Shown here piece after piece: positions 17,985-27,133 of a stretch of DNA of 56,332 nt; positions within the stretch are counted from its first letter, which is position 1; each line of letters begins with the position of its first letter. The position numbers and the translations under genes were made by a program. Below the pieces are notes generated by a model. The model was not told the origin of the DNA and made no database searches. It worked only from the letters and a program-made list of their open reading frames with translations. This DNA is from Pseudomonadota bacterium (GTDB lineage Bacteria > Bdellovibrionota_B > Oligoflexia > Oligoflexales > RGVZ01), in the NCBI GenBank assembly GCA_041178085.1, contig JBEGVZ010000048.1, positions 1-56,332 on the forward strand, read 5' to 3'.

Positions 17985-20231
17985 TCAAATGGTGTAAAGA
18001 AGCTCGCGGTACTTGGGCAGCGACCACAGCGCATCATCAACAAAAAGCTCGACCTCGTCAGAAGCTTTGCGCACGGCTTCCATGATCTCCATGCCTTCGC
18101 CTGCCAACTTGTCTGCAAGCTTCGCCTCGTCATGGATCGATCCTGCGGAGTCGATAAAGGACCGCAGGCGATCCGCCTCCCTGGCCAGGCTGTCATAGAG
18201 CGTAGCGGTCTCTTGAAGGCGTTTGGCGACCGCAGATGGAACCTTGCCAGTCGCTTTTTCGCAGGCGCCCGCGGCTCCGGCTTGCAGGCTGATTTGCGAT
18301 TCCACCGCCGGCATCACCTGGGTGTTGATCATCTCAAGCATGGTCTCGAGTTCGATCAGTCTGATCTTGTTGTAGCGTTCGACAAAGACGTTGTAGCGGG
18401 CAGAGGATTCCTCCTCAGCCAGGATGCCAAGTCGCGACAATGTCTCTTGCGTGGTTTTGTCGTTAAGCACTTTCAATGCATCGGGAGTCGTACGCAGGTT
18501 TGGCAGTCCGCGGGAAACGGCCTCCTTGTGCCATTCCGTCGAGTAGCCGTTGCCTTCGAAACGGATCTTGCGGGTCGCCTTGATATTTTCCTGGATCACC
18601 GCAAGCACTTGCTCTTGGCTCGGGCGCTCACCGCCGCGTTTGCGCAGTTCCGCATTCATTTTTTCCAGGGAATCAGCCACAGCAGCATTCAGGAAAGTGA
18701 GAGCGGGGCTGATGCTGGCCGATGCTCCGACAGCGCGGAACTCAAACTTGTTGCCTGTGAACGCAAATGGCGAGGTGCGGTTGCGGTCGGTGTTATCCCG
18801 GGCAATCACGGGGACCCTGGCAAGGTCCAGATTGATTTCGCGCTGACGCTCGGTCAGGGCACCACCCTTGCCATCGGTCAGCTTTTCCAGAACCTCATGC
18901 AAGGTTTCCCCGAGGAACACGCTCATGATCGCCGGCGGCGCCTCGTTTGCCCCCAGACGGAAGTCGTTACCTGCCGATGCGATCGCCATGCGCAGCATCG
19001 CTCCGTGATCGTGGATGGCTTTGATGGTCGCAGTCAGGAAATACAGGAATCGAATGTTGTCCGACGGGTTGTCCCCGGGCTCAAGCATGTTGTGGCCTGC
19101 GCTGTCGGCAATTGACCAGTTCACGTGCTTGCCGGATCCGTTGATCCCGGCGAATGGTTTCTCGTGGAAAAGCACCGTCATGTGATGGCGTTTGCCAACG
19201 GACCGCAGCACTTCCATGACCAATTGGTTGTGATCCGCCGCGACGTTTGCAGATTCAAAAATAGGCGCAATTTCACACTGGTTGGGGGCCACTTCATTGT
19301 GCCGCGTCTTGCAGGGAACGCCCAATTTGTAAAGTTCCTGTTCACACTCCATCATGAAGCTCAGGACCCGCGGTTTGATGGATCCGAAATAATGGTCCTC
19401 GAGCTGCTGGCCGCGGGGCGGATTGCGGCCAATTAACGTCCGGCCAGCGAGCATCAGGTCTGGGCGCAGCGCACCGAGTGCGTCGTCCACAACGAAATAC
19501 TCCTGTTCCGGTCCTGCAGTCGCAACGCAATGAGTGACCTCGGGGTGGCCGAGCAGGTGCAGGGCATCGCAAGCGCGGCGGTTAAGTGCGCCCAGTGATT
19601 TGAGCAGTGGTGTTTTCTGGTCCAGTGCTTCGCCGCTGTAAGAGATAAACAACGACGGAATACAAAGCGTTGTCCCGTGTTCAGTCTGCATGAGGAACAT
19701 CGGCGAGGATGCGTCCCACACCGTATAACCGCGCGCTTCGAAAGTGGAGCGGCGTCCCCCGGACGGAAAGCTGGAGGCATCGGGTTCTGACTGGATGAGT
19801 TCCTTTCCAGTGAACTTTTCGATCGGACTGCCCTTGCTGTCGAACGAGAAGAACGAGTCGTGCTTTTCAGCCGTCGCCCCGGTTTGCGGCTGGAACCAGT
19901 GACAGTAGTGAGTTGCTCCTCGTAGCACGGCCCAGTCTTTAACAGCGCTTGCCACCTGATCGGCCAGACCGCGTGGCAGCGGTTCTCCACTGGTTGCGTA
20001 CTCCTTGAGGATTGCGACATCACCCGACTTCAACTTTTTTTCCATCAGTTCAAAGCTGAACGTGTTGCATCCAAAGTACTCTGAAACCTTCAGCGGGGAG
20101 TTGTCAGATCCGTGCGGACGGAGGAAACCCCGCGTGCGCCTTGCTGCGGCAAGAGCAGCTGCGTTTTGACGTTCCGAGGAGCGGTTGCTGTTGCTGGTGG
20201 CGAACGGAGTTGCAGGTACGGAATGGGACAT
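17985..20231 (-). CDS. glnN: Glutamine synthetase type III
   Basis: HWFQP, AEKHD, EPDASSFPSGG, EQEYF, HNEVAP, NGSGKH, RLGANEAPP, DRNRTSPFAFTGNKFEFR; start ATG 20231 with GAGGGAG RBS. Confidence 0.94.
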   Translation of the reverse strand: MSHSVPATPFATSNSNRSSERQNAAALAAARRTRGFLRPHGSDNSPLKVSEYFGCNTFSFELMEKKLKSGDVAILKEYATSGEPLPRGLADQVASAVKDWAVLRGATHYCHWFQPQTGATAEKHDSFFSFDSKGSPIEKFTGKELIQSEPDASSFPSGGRRSTFEARGYTVWDASSPMFLMQTEHGTTLCIPSLFISYSGEALDQKTPLLKSLGALNRRACDALHLLGHPEVTHCVATAGPEQEYFVVDDALGALRPDLMLAGRTLIGRNPPRGQQLEDHYFGSIKPRVLSFMMECEQELYKLGVPCKTRHNEVAPNQCEIAPIFESANVAADHNQLVMEVLRSVGKRHHMTVLFHEKPFAGINGSGKHVNWSIADSAGHNMLEPGDNPSDNIRFLYFLTATIKAIHDHGAMLRMAIASAGNDFRLGANEAPPAIMSVFLGETLHEVLEKLTDGKGGALTERQREINLDLARVPVIARDNTDRNRTSPFAFTGNKFEFRAVGASASISPALTFLNAAVADSLEKMNAELRKRGGERPSQEQVLAVIQENIKATRKIRFEGNGYSTEWHKEAVSRGLPNLRTTPDALKVLNDKTTQETLSRLGILAEEESSARYNVFVERYNKIRLIELETMLEMINTQVMPAVESQISLQAGAAGACEKATGKVPSAVAKRLQETATLYDSLAREADRLRSFIDSAGSIHDEAKLADKLAGEGMEIMEAVRKASDEVELFVDDALWSLPKYRELLYTI

Positions 20232-20272
20232 GGGCGGGTCTCCCTCAAGGGTTAGAAGGTTCCACCGGAAGA

Positions 20273-20920
20273 TTAGAGGCTGATTTGCAAGGCAGCAAGG
20301 GCAGATTCCACCGCGGCCACGGTATCTGCCAGGGAAGCTCCCGTATGGATGACCCGGGTTGCCCTGGTCTTTTTTGCGGCAGCCGGTAACTGGCTGGCAA
20401 TCATGTTTACGGCCTGATCCTCCGGGATCCCCCTGAGTGCCTTGAGTCGGTTCAACTGGGTCTGTGGCGGGCAGTCCGTGAGCCAAACTTCCCGGAAGTC
20501 TTGCTCTGCGCCCTTTTCAAGGATCAAAGCCGCCTCGTAGAAGAAGATGCGAGGGTTCTGTGCGATTCCTTCCTTCTCAAGCTTGGCGGACAAGGCTTCC
20601 CGGATTGCCGGATGTAGTATCGCCTCCAGCTTCTCCCTGGCTTTGGAATCCTTGAACGCCAAGTCCCGCATGGCTTTGCGGTCGAATTCGCCATGCTTTC
20701 CAATGACTCCTTCACCCGGGAATGCGGCCGCGACGAGTGCAAGCGCGGGCTGGCCCGGGGCCACCACCAGGCGGGCCAGCTCGTCGGCATCGATGACCAG
20801 AAAGCCCTTCTGGCGCAGGATCTTTGCCACCTCTGATTTGCCGGTCGCAATGCCGCCGGTGAGCGCGATTCCGAACTGCTTCAGAAGTTGTTCAGAAGTT
20901 GTATGAGATTTGTGCTTCAA
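20273..20920 (-). CDS. coaE: Dephospho-CoA kinase
   Basis: LTGGIATGKS, IDAD, LEAILHP; start uncertain (TTG 20920). Confidence 0.92.
   Translation of the reverse strand: MKHKSHTTSEQLLKQFGIALTGGIATGKSEVAKILRQKGFLVIDADELARLVVAPGQPALALVAAAFPGEGVIGKHGEFDRKAMRDLAFKDSKAREKLEAILHPAIREALSAKLEKEGIAQNPRIFFYEAALILEKGAEQDFREVWLTDCPPQTQLNRLKALRGIPEDQAVNMIASQLPAAAKKTRATRVIHTGASLADTVAAVESALAALQISL
20880..20901. repeat. Perfect 11-bp tandem duplication TTCAGAAGTTG x2
   Basis: Copies at 20880-20890 and 20891-20901, at the junction of the upstream stop codon and the coaE 5' region. Confidence 0.9.
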
Positions 20921-22694
20921 GGCCTTCCGTCCCAATCCCGGATTCAAATGCGAAGCCGCGCCGCCGTCCCCTCGACTTTTTCGACTTGCCAGTCGGCGTA
21001 TGGATCGATGCTTCGATGATGCTGGCCGCGTAAGCCGCGCCAAAACCAACCAGGCACAGTGTTGCGTTCTGGCTTGATTGCTGGGAGTAAGTCTTCCAGT
21101 TTTCGGCGTCCTTTTCGTAGGCCTCTGCCGTGGTATCATCGCTCGCACTCTTCGCCAGCGCCATCGATTTGTTATAGTTTTCAGCGCCTTTTGCCGCGTT
21201 GCTGGTGTTCATCATGTACAGCAAAAGCGTGCCCGCCTGGCCCGTCGTGAATGCAACGCCAAGCAAAGTATCGCCGTTCTGGTACTGGCCGGCCCCAAAT
21301 GGCAGGTACTTGACGAACGGATTGCGTCCGCCACTTGATGCCGCTTTTTTCGTTGTCCCGACCTTCGGGGCAGGTTCTTCGAGTTCTGGTGGTGGCCCCG
21401 ACAAGTCTGGAGCCTCTGCCACGGAAGGCAGCGGTGCTTGAGACGCAGGAGGACTCGAGATTGGATCCATCGGCACGACAATTTGCGGCGCCGGTGCCGC
21501 GATTGGTGGCTGTATGTTTTGCGGGTAGTAATAATAGGGCGCCGGCGCCGGCTGCTGGTACATCGGTGCCGGATAGGTTGGAGGGTACGGAACATTGCCG
21601 TAACCGCCATAGCCGGGGTAGGGGTAGCCCGGCGCGTAACCGGGGTTGTACGGCTGACCATAACCTGGTGGTGCATAACCGGGGTTATAGGCCGGACCTT
21701 GAGGATACGACGGAGCCATGGGCGGCTGCTGCTGCGGAACCGGTCCTGAGTAGCCGCCACCGGACGGGTCGTAACCTGGCTCGTACGAGGGAACGTTTGG
21801 ACGACCTGCTGGTCTTTGCGGTGCAGCTTGCCGACGTCCCGGTTGAACTCCCGCAGGGGGGGCGTTGGACGTTGTTCCGGCAAAGTCGTCACCGAATAGT
21901 TTCGATCCGCTCTTCTGTGATTTTCCCGCCTGGGCGCCTTGCGGTGATTTGCCGCCCGGACGGGATGCGACCGCCTGGCGTTGATTCGACGGCTGTTTCG
22001 GTTGCGGCTTAGGCCGCGGTGGCTGCTTCACGATTGCCTTGTCCAGGTTGACGGAGACCTGGTTTGGCGTGTTCGCCCTGGCGGCCACGCGTGTTTTCTT
22101 TGCCTGGTATCCGGGGGCCGAAACCTCGATCACGAGGTTTCCTGGCTCGACCTCAAATGTGCTTCCGACCGGGCCAAGGATGATGCCGTCTTGCGTCACA
22201 ATCGCGCCCGGCACGTTGGACTTCACGCTCAACGTGGTTTGTTTGAGCAAGTTGGGCTTGGTGATCTTCTGCTGACCGGTCGACAGCGCGGGCGGTCGTT
22301 GTGATTTTTGTGCGGCGACTCCGGCGGGATTGCCCCCGGCAGCGGCAAAGGATTTTGTCACGCGGGGGTCTGCGGCCTCTTGTGTCGTCAATCTGGTCGT
22401 GCGGTCGAACCCCAACGCAGTCTTGAAATTACGCGTCGCAAGTTCCGATTTGCCCATCCGACCAGCGCAAACGCCCAGGATCTTCCAGGCCTTTGCGGCA
22501 TCAGCCGGCGAGACTTTCTGGCGGAGGAACTGGCCGATGGCGCTTGTGGCTCCGGTACAATCGCCGCGCGCATACTGTGCGTTGATGGATGCAAGAGACG
22601 GTGCCGCAAGGCCGGGACAGGAGCTGACCTGGACTGTCAGTGCCAGCGCAAACACCATCGTAAAGATCCATTTACCGGGCAGGCGCTGCTTCAT
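20892..22694 (-). CDS. Exported TPR + PEGA protein with Pro/Tyr/Gly low-complexity linker and C-terminal hydrophobic segments
   Basis: Signal peptide; TPR-like AWKILGVC..A..NFKTAL; PEGA-like SNVPGA..VSAPGY; YNPGYAP repeats; LPFGAGQY..G membrane module. Confidence 0.7.
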   Translation of the reverse strand: MKQRLPGKWIFTMVFALALTVQVSSCPGLAAPSLASINAQYARGDCTGATSAIGQFLRQKVSPADAAKAWKILGVCAGRMGKSELATRNFKTALGFDRTTRLTTQEAADPRVTKSFAAAGGNPAGVAAQKSQRPPALSTGQQKITKPNLLKQTTLSVKSNVPGAIVTQDGIILGPVGSTFEVEPGNLVIEVSAPGYQAKKTRVAARANTPNQVSVNLDKAIVKQPPRPKPQPKQPSNQRQAVASRPGGKSPQGAQAGKSQKSGSKLFGDDFAGTTSNAPPAGVQPGRRQAAPQRPAGRPNVPSYEPGYDPSGGGYSGPVPQQQPPMAPSYPQGPAYNPGYAPPGYGQPYNPGYAPGYPYPGYGGYGNVPYPPTYPAPMYQQPAPAPYYYYPQNIQPPIAAPAPQIVVPMDPISSPPASQAPLPSVAEAPDLSGPPPELEEPAPKVGTTKKAASSGGRNPFVKYLPFGAGQYQNGDTLLGVAFTTGQAGTLLLYMMNTSNAAKGAENYNKSMALAKSASDDTTAEAYEKDAENWKTYSQQSSQNATLCLVGFGAAYAASIIEASIHTPTGKSKKSRGRRRGFAFESGIGTEGLEAQISYNF

Positions 22695-24919
22695 GGCGCA
22701 CGCTCCGGGCTTGCCTTAGTGCGGCTGAATTCCACTGTGTAGGTCACGGGGCCGCTGATGGCTGCGGTATCGATTTTGCGTTCTTTTACTTCGCCATCTG
22801 ACTCAATACGGATATTGATGCGCCCCATTGGCACCTGGACGGTGCTAGACCCTTTTTCAAGGCGGAATTGCTTGATCACCTTGCCCGGTTCTCCGGCCAT
22901 TGTGATCTGGACGTTTGCGGGCCAGCGATTGGCGACAATGGTCAGCGCTTTGCTGCCTTTCTTGTCCGCAGTTGTCGAAGCTCCGTCATTTTCGCGCGCG
23001 ATTTTTTCGAGCACCACCGGACCTACTGCAAGCCTTGCGTCGGGTTCAAGCGAGACCTGCCGGGTGTAATCCCGGTAACCAGGCCTGCGTAGCGTAATGG
23101 TAAGCTTCCCGGGCGTGACTGCAATCCAGCCACTGCTGGTGTTGGCATCGATGGTCGTGCCGACTTTCTTGTTGTTTACAAAAATTTCTGCAGCAGGTTG
23201 CGAGGAAACAGAGATCCGCCCCTTGCTTTTTACCGGACGGGTGGTTGCCACCGTGACCGGATTTGCTGCCGGGGCCGGTGCTGTCGATGGTTGCGCTGCG
23301 CCTGCACCGGGGGAGCCAGTGCCAGGCATCGTCGAGGCAACAGGTGCACCGGAATCCACGGTCTGGCCGGGCGACACTTCCCGCGTGGGCTTTGTCGGTC
23401 TTTGCTGGGGCTGCTTCTTCGCTTGTCCGTTTTTAGTCGGCGTTTTCCCGGGTGTTTTGGCGGGAGAAATTTCTACGTTCGGTGATGGCGACACGATTGA
23501 CTGGGGTGTCTGGGTCACCTGTGGTGCCGCAGTCGTCGTCGGCGGGTTAACGGCTTTCTCCGGTGACGGAGCCGGTTTCTCGGGCAACTTTGCCACTTTC
23601 GGTGAGGCCGTCTGGTTGTTGTCCCCAGACGGTGACGACAGTTGCAGAGCCTTCCGTATGGCAGTGGGATCCCCAAACCAGATCAGAACCATCAGTCCGG
23701 CCAATAAGATGGCTGCAATTACCGTGAAACTGTTGCCGGTCAAGCCGCCGCCCGGAGCTCTCCGTGCGTGAACATGCATTGGCACATGTCCGCGGGCCGG
23801 ATTCGGTCGCGGGTGAGGCGCGCCCCTCGGGGGGATTTTCCTGTTTTTCGCCCTGCCGGGCGCCTGTCTCTGTTCACGATTCGCAGCGCCATCATCGGTG
23901 CCTTCTGCCAGCAACCTTGGTTTGGCGGTGCGGATTTTTGTACGGCGAGCCGGTGTGATTTGTGGTTCGCCGCTAACCATGACCGGTGTCGTCAGTGGCT
24001 CAAGTTCCCCGCTGTTGGGTTCGGCTTGCGTGTCTGTCGTGGTACCCCGGGAGATGAACGACTCCAGCTCCATTGCGCTGGAGAAGACTTTTTTCGCAGA
24101 TAAATACGTGTCGATGGCATTGCCCAGCTCTGTGGCACTCTGGAAGCGGGATTCCGGATTTTTTTGCATGGAGCGGACCACGAGGCGGTCGCATTCAATG
24201 CTCAAGCCTTGCGTCCGGAAACGCGGATAGACAAATTCCCCTGCAGTGATCTTGATGACTACATCAGCGCTGGAGGCAGCTTCAAATGGAAGCCTGCCGG
24301 TCAGCAGTTCATAGAACAAGACGCCAAGGCTGAAAATGTCGCTGCGCGCATCAACGTTCTTGCCCTTGACCTGTTCCGGCGACATGTAGCTCGGAGAACC
24401 CATGAACATTCCGGTCTGCGTCTTGCGGTGCCGCTGCGTATCCTTGGCGATGCCGAAGTCCATCAGCTTCAGGCGACCATCGCTGGTTACCATGACGTTT
24501 TCTGGTTTGATGTCCCGGTGGACGATGCCTGAGCGGTGCGCATGTTCCAACGCGCGGCAAACTTCGCGGACAATGCACGCCGCCATGACTTCCTGGAAGC
24601 GGTTGCCGGCGCGATCCTGCTGCATGCTCGCCAAAGTTGTGCCGGAGATCAATTCGGCAACGAGCCAGAGTTGTTCGTGCTCGGGACCCGAGAAGTCGTA
24701 GATCCTCATGATGTTTGGGTGGTCGAGTGTTGAGACCGCCTGGGCTTCTTGCTGGAACCGCGAGCGGATATCGGGATTCCTGCGCAGGTGGTCGTGCAGG
24801 ATTTTCACCGCGACGTAACGTCCGAGTTTTTCGTCCAGCGCGCGATAAACGTTCGCCATGCCGCCTTCTCCAAGGCGGTCGAGAATCCTATAGCGCTGTC
24901 CAAGGACGACGTTCCTCAT
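22691..24919 (-). CDS. Membrane Hanks-type Ser/Thr kinase with periplasmic PEGA domain
   Basis: GEGGMA, VAVK, HRDIKPEN, DFG, YMSPEQ; TM FTVIAAILLAGLMVLIWF; Pro/Thr linker; SSQPAAEIFVN..RPGY. Confidence 0.93.
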   Translation of the reverse strand: MRNVVLGQRYRILDRLGEGGMANVYRALDEKLGRYVAVKILHDHLRRNPDIRSRFQQEAQAVSTLDHPNIMRIYDFSGPEHEQLWLVAELISGTTLASMQQDRAGNRFQEVMAACIVREVCRALEHAHRSGIVHRDIKPENVMVTSDGRLKLMDFGIAKDTQRHRKTQTGMFMGSPSYMSPEQVKGKNVDARSDIFSLGVLFYELLTGRLPFEAASSADVVIKITAGEFVYPRFRTQGLSIECDRLVVRSMQKNPESRFQSATELGNAIDTYLSAKKVFSSAMELESFISRGTTTDTQAEPNSGELEPLTTPVMVSGEPQITPARRTKIRTAKPRLLAEGTDDGAANREQRQAPGRAKNRKIPPRGAPHPRPNPARGHVPMHVHARRAPGGGLTGNSFTVIAAILLAGLMVLIWFGDPTAIRKALQLSSPSGDNNQTASPKVAKLPEKPAPSPEKAVNPPTTTAAPQVTQTPQSIVSPSPNVEISPAKTPGKTPTKNGQAKKQPQQRPTKPTREVSPGQTVDSGAPVASTMPGTGSPGAGAAQPSTAPAPAANPVTVATTRPVKSKGRISVSSQPAAEIFVNNKKVGTTIDANTSSGWIAVTPGKLTITLRRPGYRDYTRQVSLEPDARLAVGPVVLEKIARENDGASTTADKKGSKALTIVANRWPANVQITMAGEPGKVIKQFRLEKGSSTVQVPMGRINIRIESDGEVKERKIDTAAISGPVTYTVEFSRTKASPERAP

Positions 24920-24926
24920 ATAGAGG

Positions 24927-24954
24927 CGATCGGTATAAGTTGCCGGTTACTTTA
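24927..24954 (-). promoter_or_regulatory. Putative sigma28 (FliA) promoter, leaderless geometry
   Basis: Minus strand TAAAG-N15-ACCGATCG-N7-ATG(24919); no SD. Confidence 0.55.
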
Positions 24955-25003
24955 GGATTTTGGGCAAGTCGAGAAGCCCCCATGGGAAAGGTGGGGGATT
25001 TGC

Positions 25004-26491
25004 TTAGACCTCGTGGGGAAGGGTGTCGTGGAATGATGTAAAACGCTTGAAAGGGCTGTAAAAACGAAGGTTTGAGACCCTGGAAGTGTAAAGGCAAGCG
25101 TAAGATTCGACCTGGTTGGCAAAGCGAGAACGTTCAAGACCCACTTTCATCAGGCTGCCCCAGACCGGGTGGATATTGGCTTCCCGTTCCGAGATCGCTT
25201 GTTTGATCACTTCGTCCGCGTCGTCCAGCTGTGCCTGTTTTTCGTGTGCTTTTTCCAGGAGTTTTTCGTTTTCGCCAAGCAGGTGACGCGCCCGCCGGGT
25301 GTCGTCCCGGTCAGTTGCGACCTTTGCCTGGCGGGCGTTAGACGCGATTTTGGACCGGAGGATTTGCAGGTCCTCGTCCGCCGCTTCACGCTGCGCGATT
25401 TTTTCGCGAATGGATTTCAGGTTGTCGCGAAGCTCCTCAATTTTGACCAGTTCCCGTTCAAGTTCCTCGACGACCAGAAGGGTTCGCCAATTGACTGAAC
25501 CCTTGGACCTGATGATGTCCCCGTAAATGTGATCGCCGACGTAGAGGATTTCATCGCCGCGAAAGCCTGTCATGTTCTGGAACAGCTGTGCGTTTCCGCC
25601 CTGATAGACTTTTCCAGGTTCAAGTGGGCCGTTGGCTGCCGTCAGCATGTTCGACTGGGTGATCACCTCGTAAAAGGGCTGGCTTCCGGTGAAGAAACCA
25701 GGCTTGCCGGACCCGACGAACACATACCTGAAATACTGCCGCCAGTCCGGGAAGTCCGCGCTGGCGTCGGCCAGCAGGAAATTCATGACGGCATCCGTGT
25801 ATTTCCAGTTCGAGTTGGTGAGAAGGAAAAGGTGCTTGCCAGCATCCATGGTCCTGATCAGCGCAGTGGCAAGATGCTTGTCGCGAATGAAAAATTTGGC
25901 CGGATCACGCAACACTTCGTCTTTGATGCTGCCGTCTGCGTGGCTCTTGTCGATGAACTGGCGCAGGTCGGCATATACGTCCCGGAAGCTTTTCTGGATT
26001 TTGCCGGGATTGTTGTTCATGTAGTCCACGATCTCTGCAAAAAGCTGCACCTCGCTCAGCGCGAAGAACGAGTCCATGGACAGGAATTCATAGGCCTTGA
26101 AGCTTTCGCTGTTGTACAGGCGACGCCGGGTTTCCTTGTCCAGCCTGTTGTGACCATGGAAAGCGATCTTGACGTATTTGTGTCCATCCACCTTCAAGAT
26201 GTTTCCACGGTCCATGTCGACCAACAGGCCACGGATCAGGAATTCAGGCTTGAATTGAAGGCCAGCAAGTTCAGACGGGTAGCCAGCCTCTATGAACTTC
26301 TGCAGAGTTGCGCGGAATGCCAGCGCTTCGAATGCCTCGCGGTTGTACATTGCGAGCGTGTGGTCCATGTCGAAACCGATGGCCCGGATATTGCCCATGT
26401 TGAGCGAGCGGTTGACGAAGATCCGGTTCCACTTTTCCAATTTCGTGGACCCGCGTGCCGCAGAGTTTTTCAAGCCTTCTCCCTGGCTCAT
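25004..26491 (-). CDS. HAD-IG cytosolic-type 5'-nucleotidase (cN-II family)
   Basis: GFDMDHTL, LLTNS, KPGFF, YVGDHIYGDI, YACLYTSRVSN; coiled-coil insertion. Confidence 0.92.
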   Translation of the reverse strand: MSQGEGLKNSAARGSTKLEKWNRIFVNRSLNMGNIRAIGFDMDHTLAMYNREAFEALAFRATLQKFIEAGYPSELAGLQFKPEFLIRGLLVDMDRGNILKVDGHKYVKIAFHGHNRLDKETRRRLYNSESFKAYEFLSMDSFFALSEVQLFAEIVDYMNNNPGKIQKSFRDVYADLRQFIDKSHADGSIKDEVLRDPAKFFIRDKHLATALIRTMDAGKHLFLLTNSNWKYTDAVMNFLLADASADFPDWRQYFRYVFVGSGKPGFFTGSQPFYEVITQSNMLTAANGPLEPGKVYQGGNAQLFQNMTGFRGDEILYVGDHIYGDIIRSKGSVNWRTLLVVEELERELVKIEELRDNLKSIREKIAQREAADEDLQILRSKIASNARQAKVATDRDDTRRARHLLGENEKLLEKAHEKQAQLDDADEVIKQAISEREANIHPVWGSLMKVGLERSRFANQVESYACLYTSRVSNLRFYSPFKRFTSFHDTLPHEV

Positions 26492-27132
26492 CGAACTGGC
26501 CTTTCCTGACCGGCGGCCGGGCCATTTTCCGTCAGAAACTTGAAGCCTGCCTGCTGGTACATCTTCCCGTCCTCGTCCATGAACTTCCGTTGGTAAACAG
26601 AAACGGCATTGCGAGTGGAGTATAACTTGTTGCCGATCAGTATCCTCATCCCGGGTATTTCGGTGCCGGGCTGGAACAATGTGCTGCCTGGAAACGTTTT
26701 CAGGGAGAATCCTGATGCTGACATGTCCAGCACCTGCTTGCTGAGCTGGGTCTCGTTGTCAGCCGGATTGGTAAATTCACAGCGGACATTCTCGTCGCTG
26801 GCAAAAGTGAATCGTTCGTCAGACCTCGTGTCACCCACTGAATCCACCGTCTCGGCCCTGAATATCATGTTTTTTCCGTCACTGGTGACTTTGTCGGAGC
26901 GGATGCGCAACAACTCAACCAGCAAGGTGAAGTTTTTTGAATTGGCAAACCTTGAAATAAGATCGAATGGCACAGTGTTGGCGATGGTCAATGTGTCACC
27001 GTGAACCCCCAGCACACGCGCGGCGAACGATATGTCCAGGTTGTCCCCGCTGACCATCGTAGCGGCCCCTTTGCGGACGTGCTTCTCGAGCTCAATGGCA
27101 TTGACGCCAGCGGAGCTGTTTCCCTGGTTCAT
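26488..27132 (-). CDS. PilZ-domain protein (c-di-GMP receptor)
   Basis: RSDER (RxxxR) and DMSASG (DxSxxG); start ATG 27132 with AGGAGG RBS. Confidence 0.75.
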   Translation of the reverse strand: MNQGNSSAGVNAIELEKHVRKGAATMVSGDNLDISFAARVLGVHGDTLTIANTVPFDLISRFANSKNFTLLVELLRIRSDKVTSDGKNMIFRAETVDSVGDTRSDERFTFASDENVRCEFTNPADNETQLSKQVLDMSASGFSLKTFPGSTLFQPGTEIPGMRILIGNKLYSTRNAVSVYQRKFMDEDGKMYQQAGFKFLTENGPAAGQERPVR

Positions 27133-27133
27133 G

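Noticed and set aside
17885..18196. 103-aa ORF bridging glutamine synthetase and the helicase
   Set aside because: Alternative frame of the GS 3' end that runs through a clear terminator hairpin
17841..19115. 424-aa plus-strand ORF
   Set aside because: Antisense shadow of glutamine synthetase III; no recognisable motifs; expected from GC-rich codon bias
21600..21800. Short DNA repeats (TAACCGGGGTT) as a CRISPR or repeat array
   Set aside because: They encode YNPGY peptide repeats inside a CDS and have no regular spacing
25529..26509. 326-aa plus-strand ORF
   Set aside because: Antisense shadow of the 5'-nucleotidase
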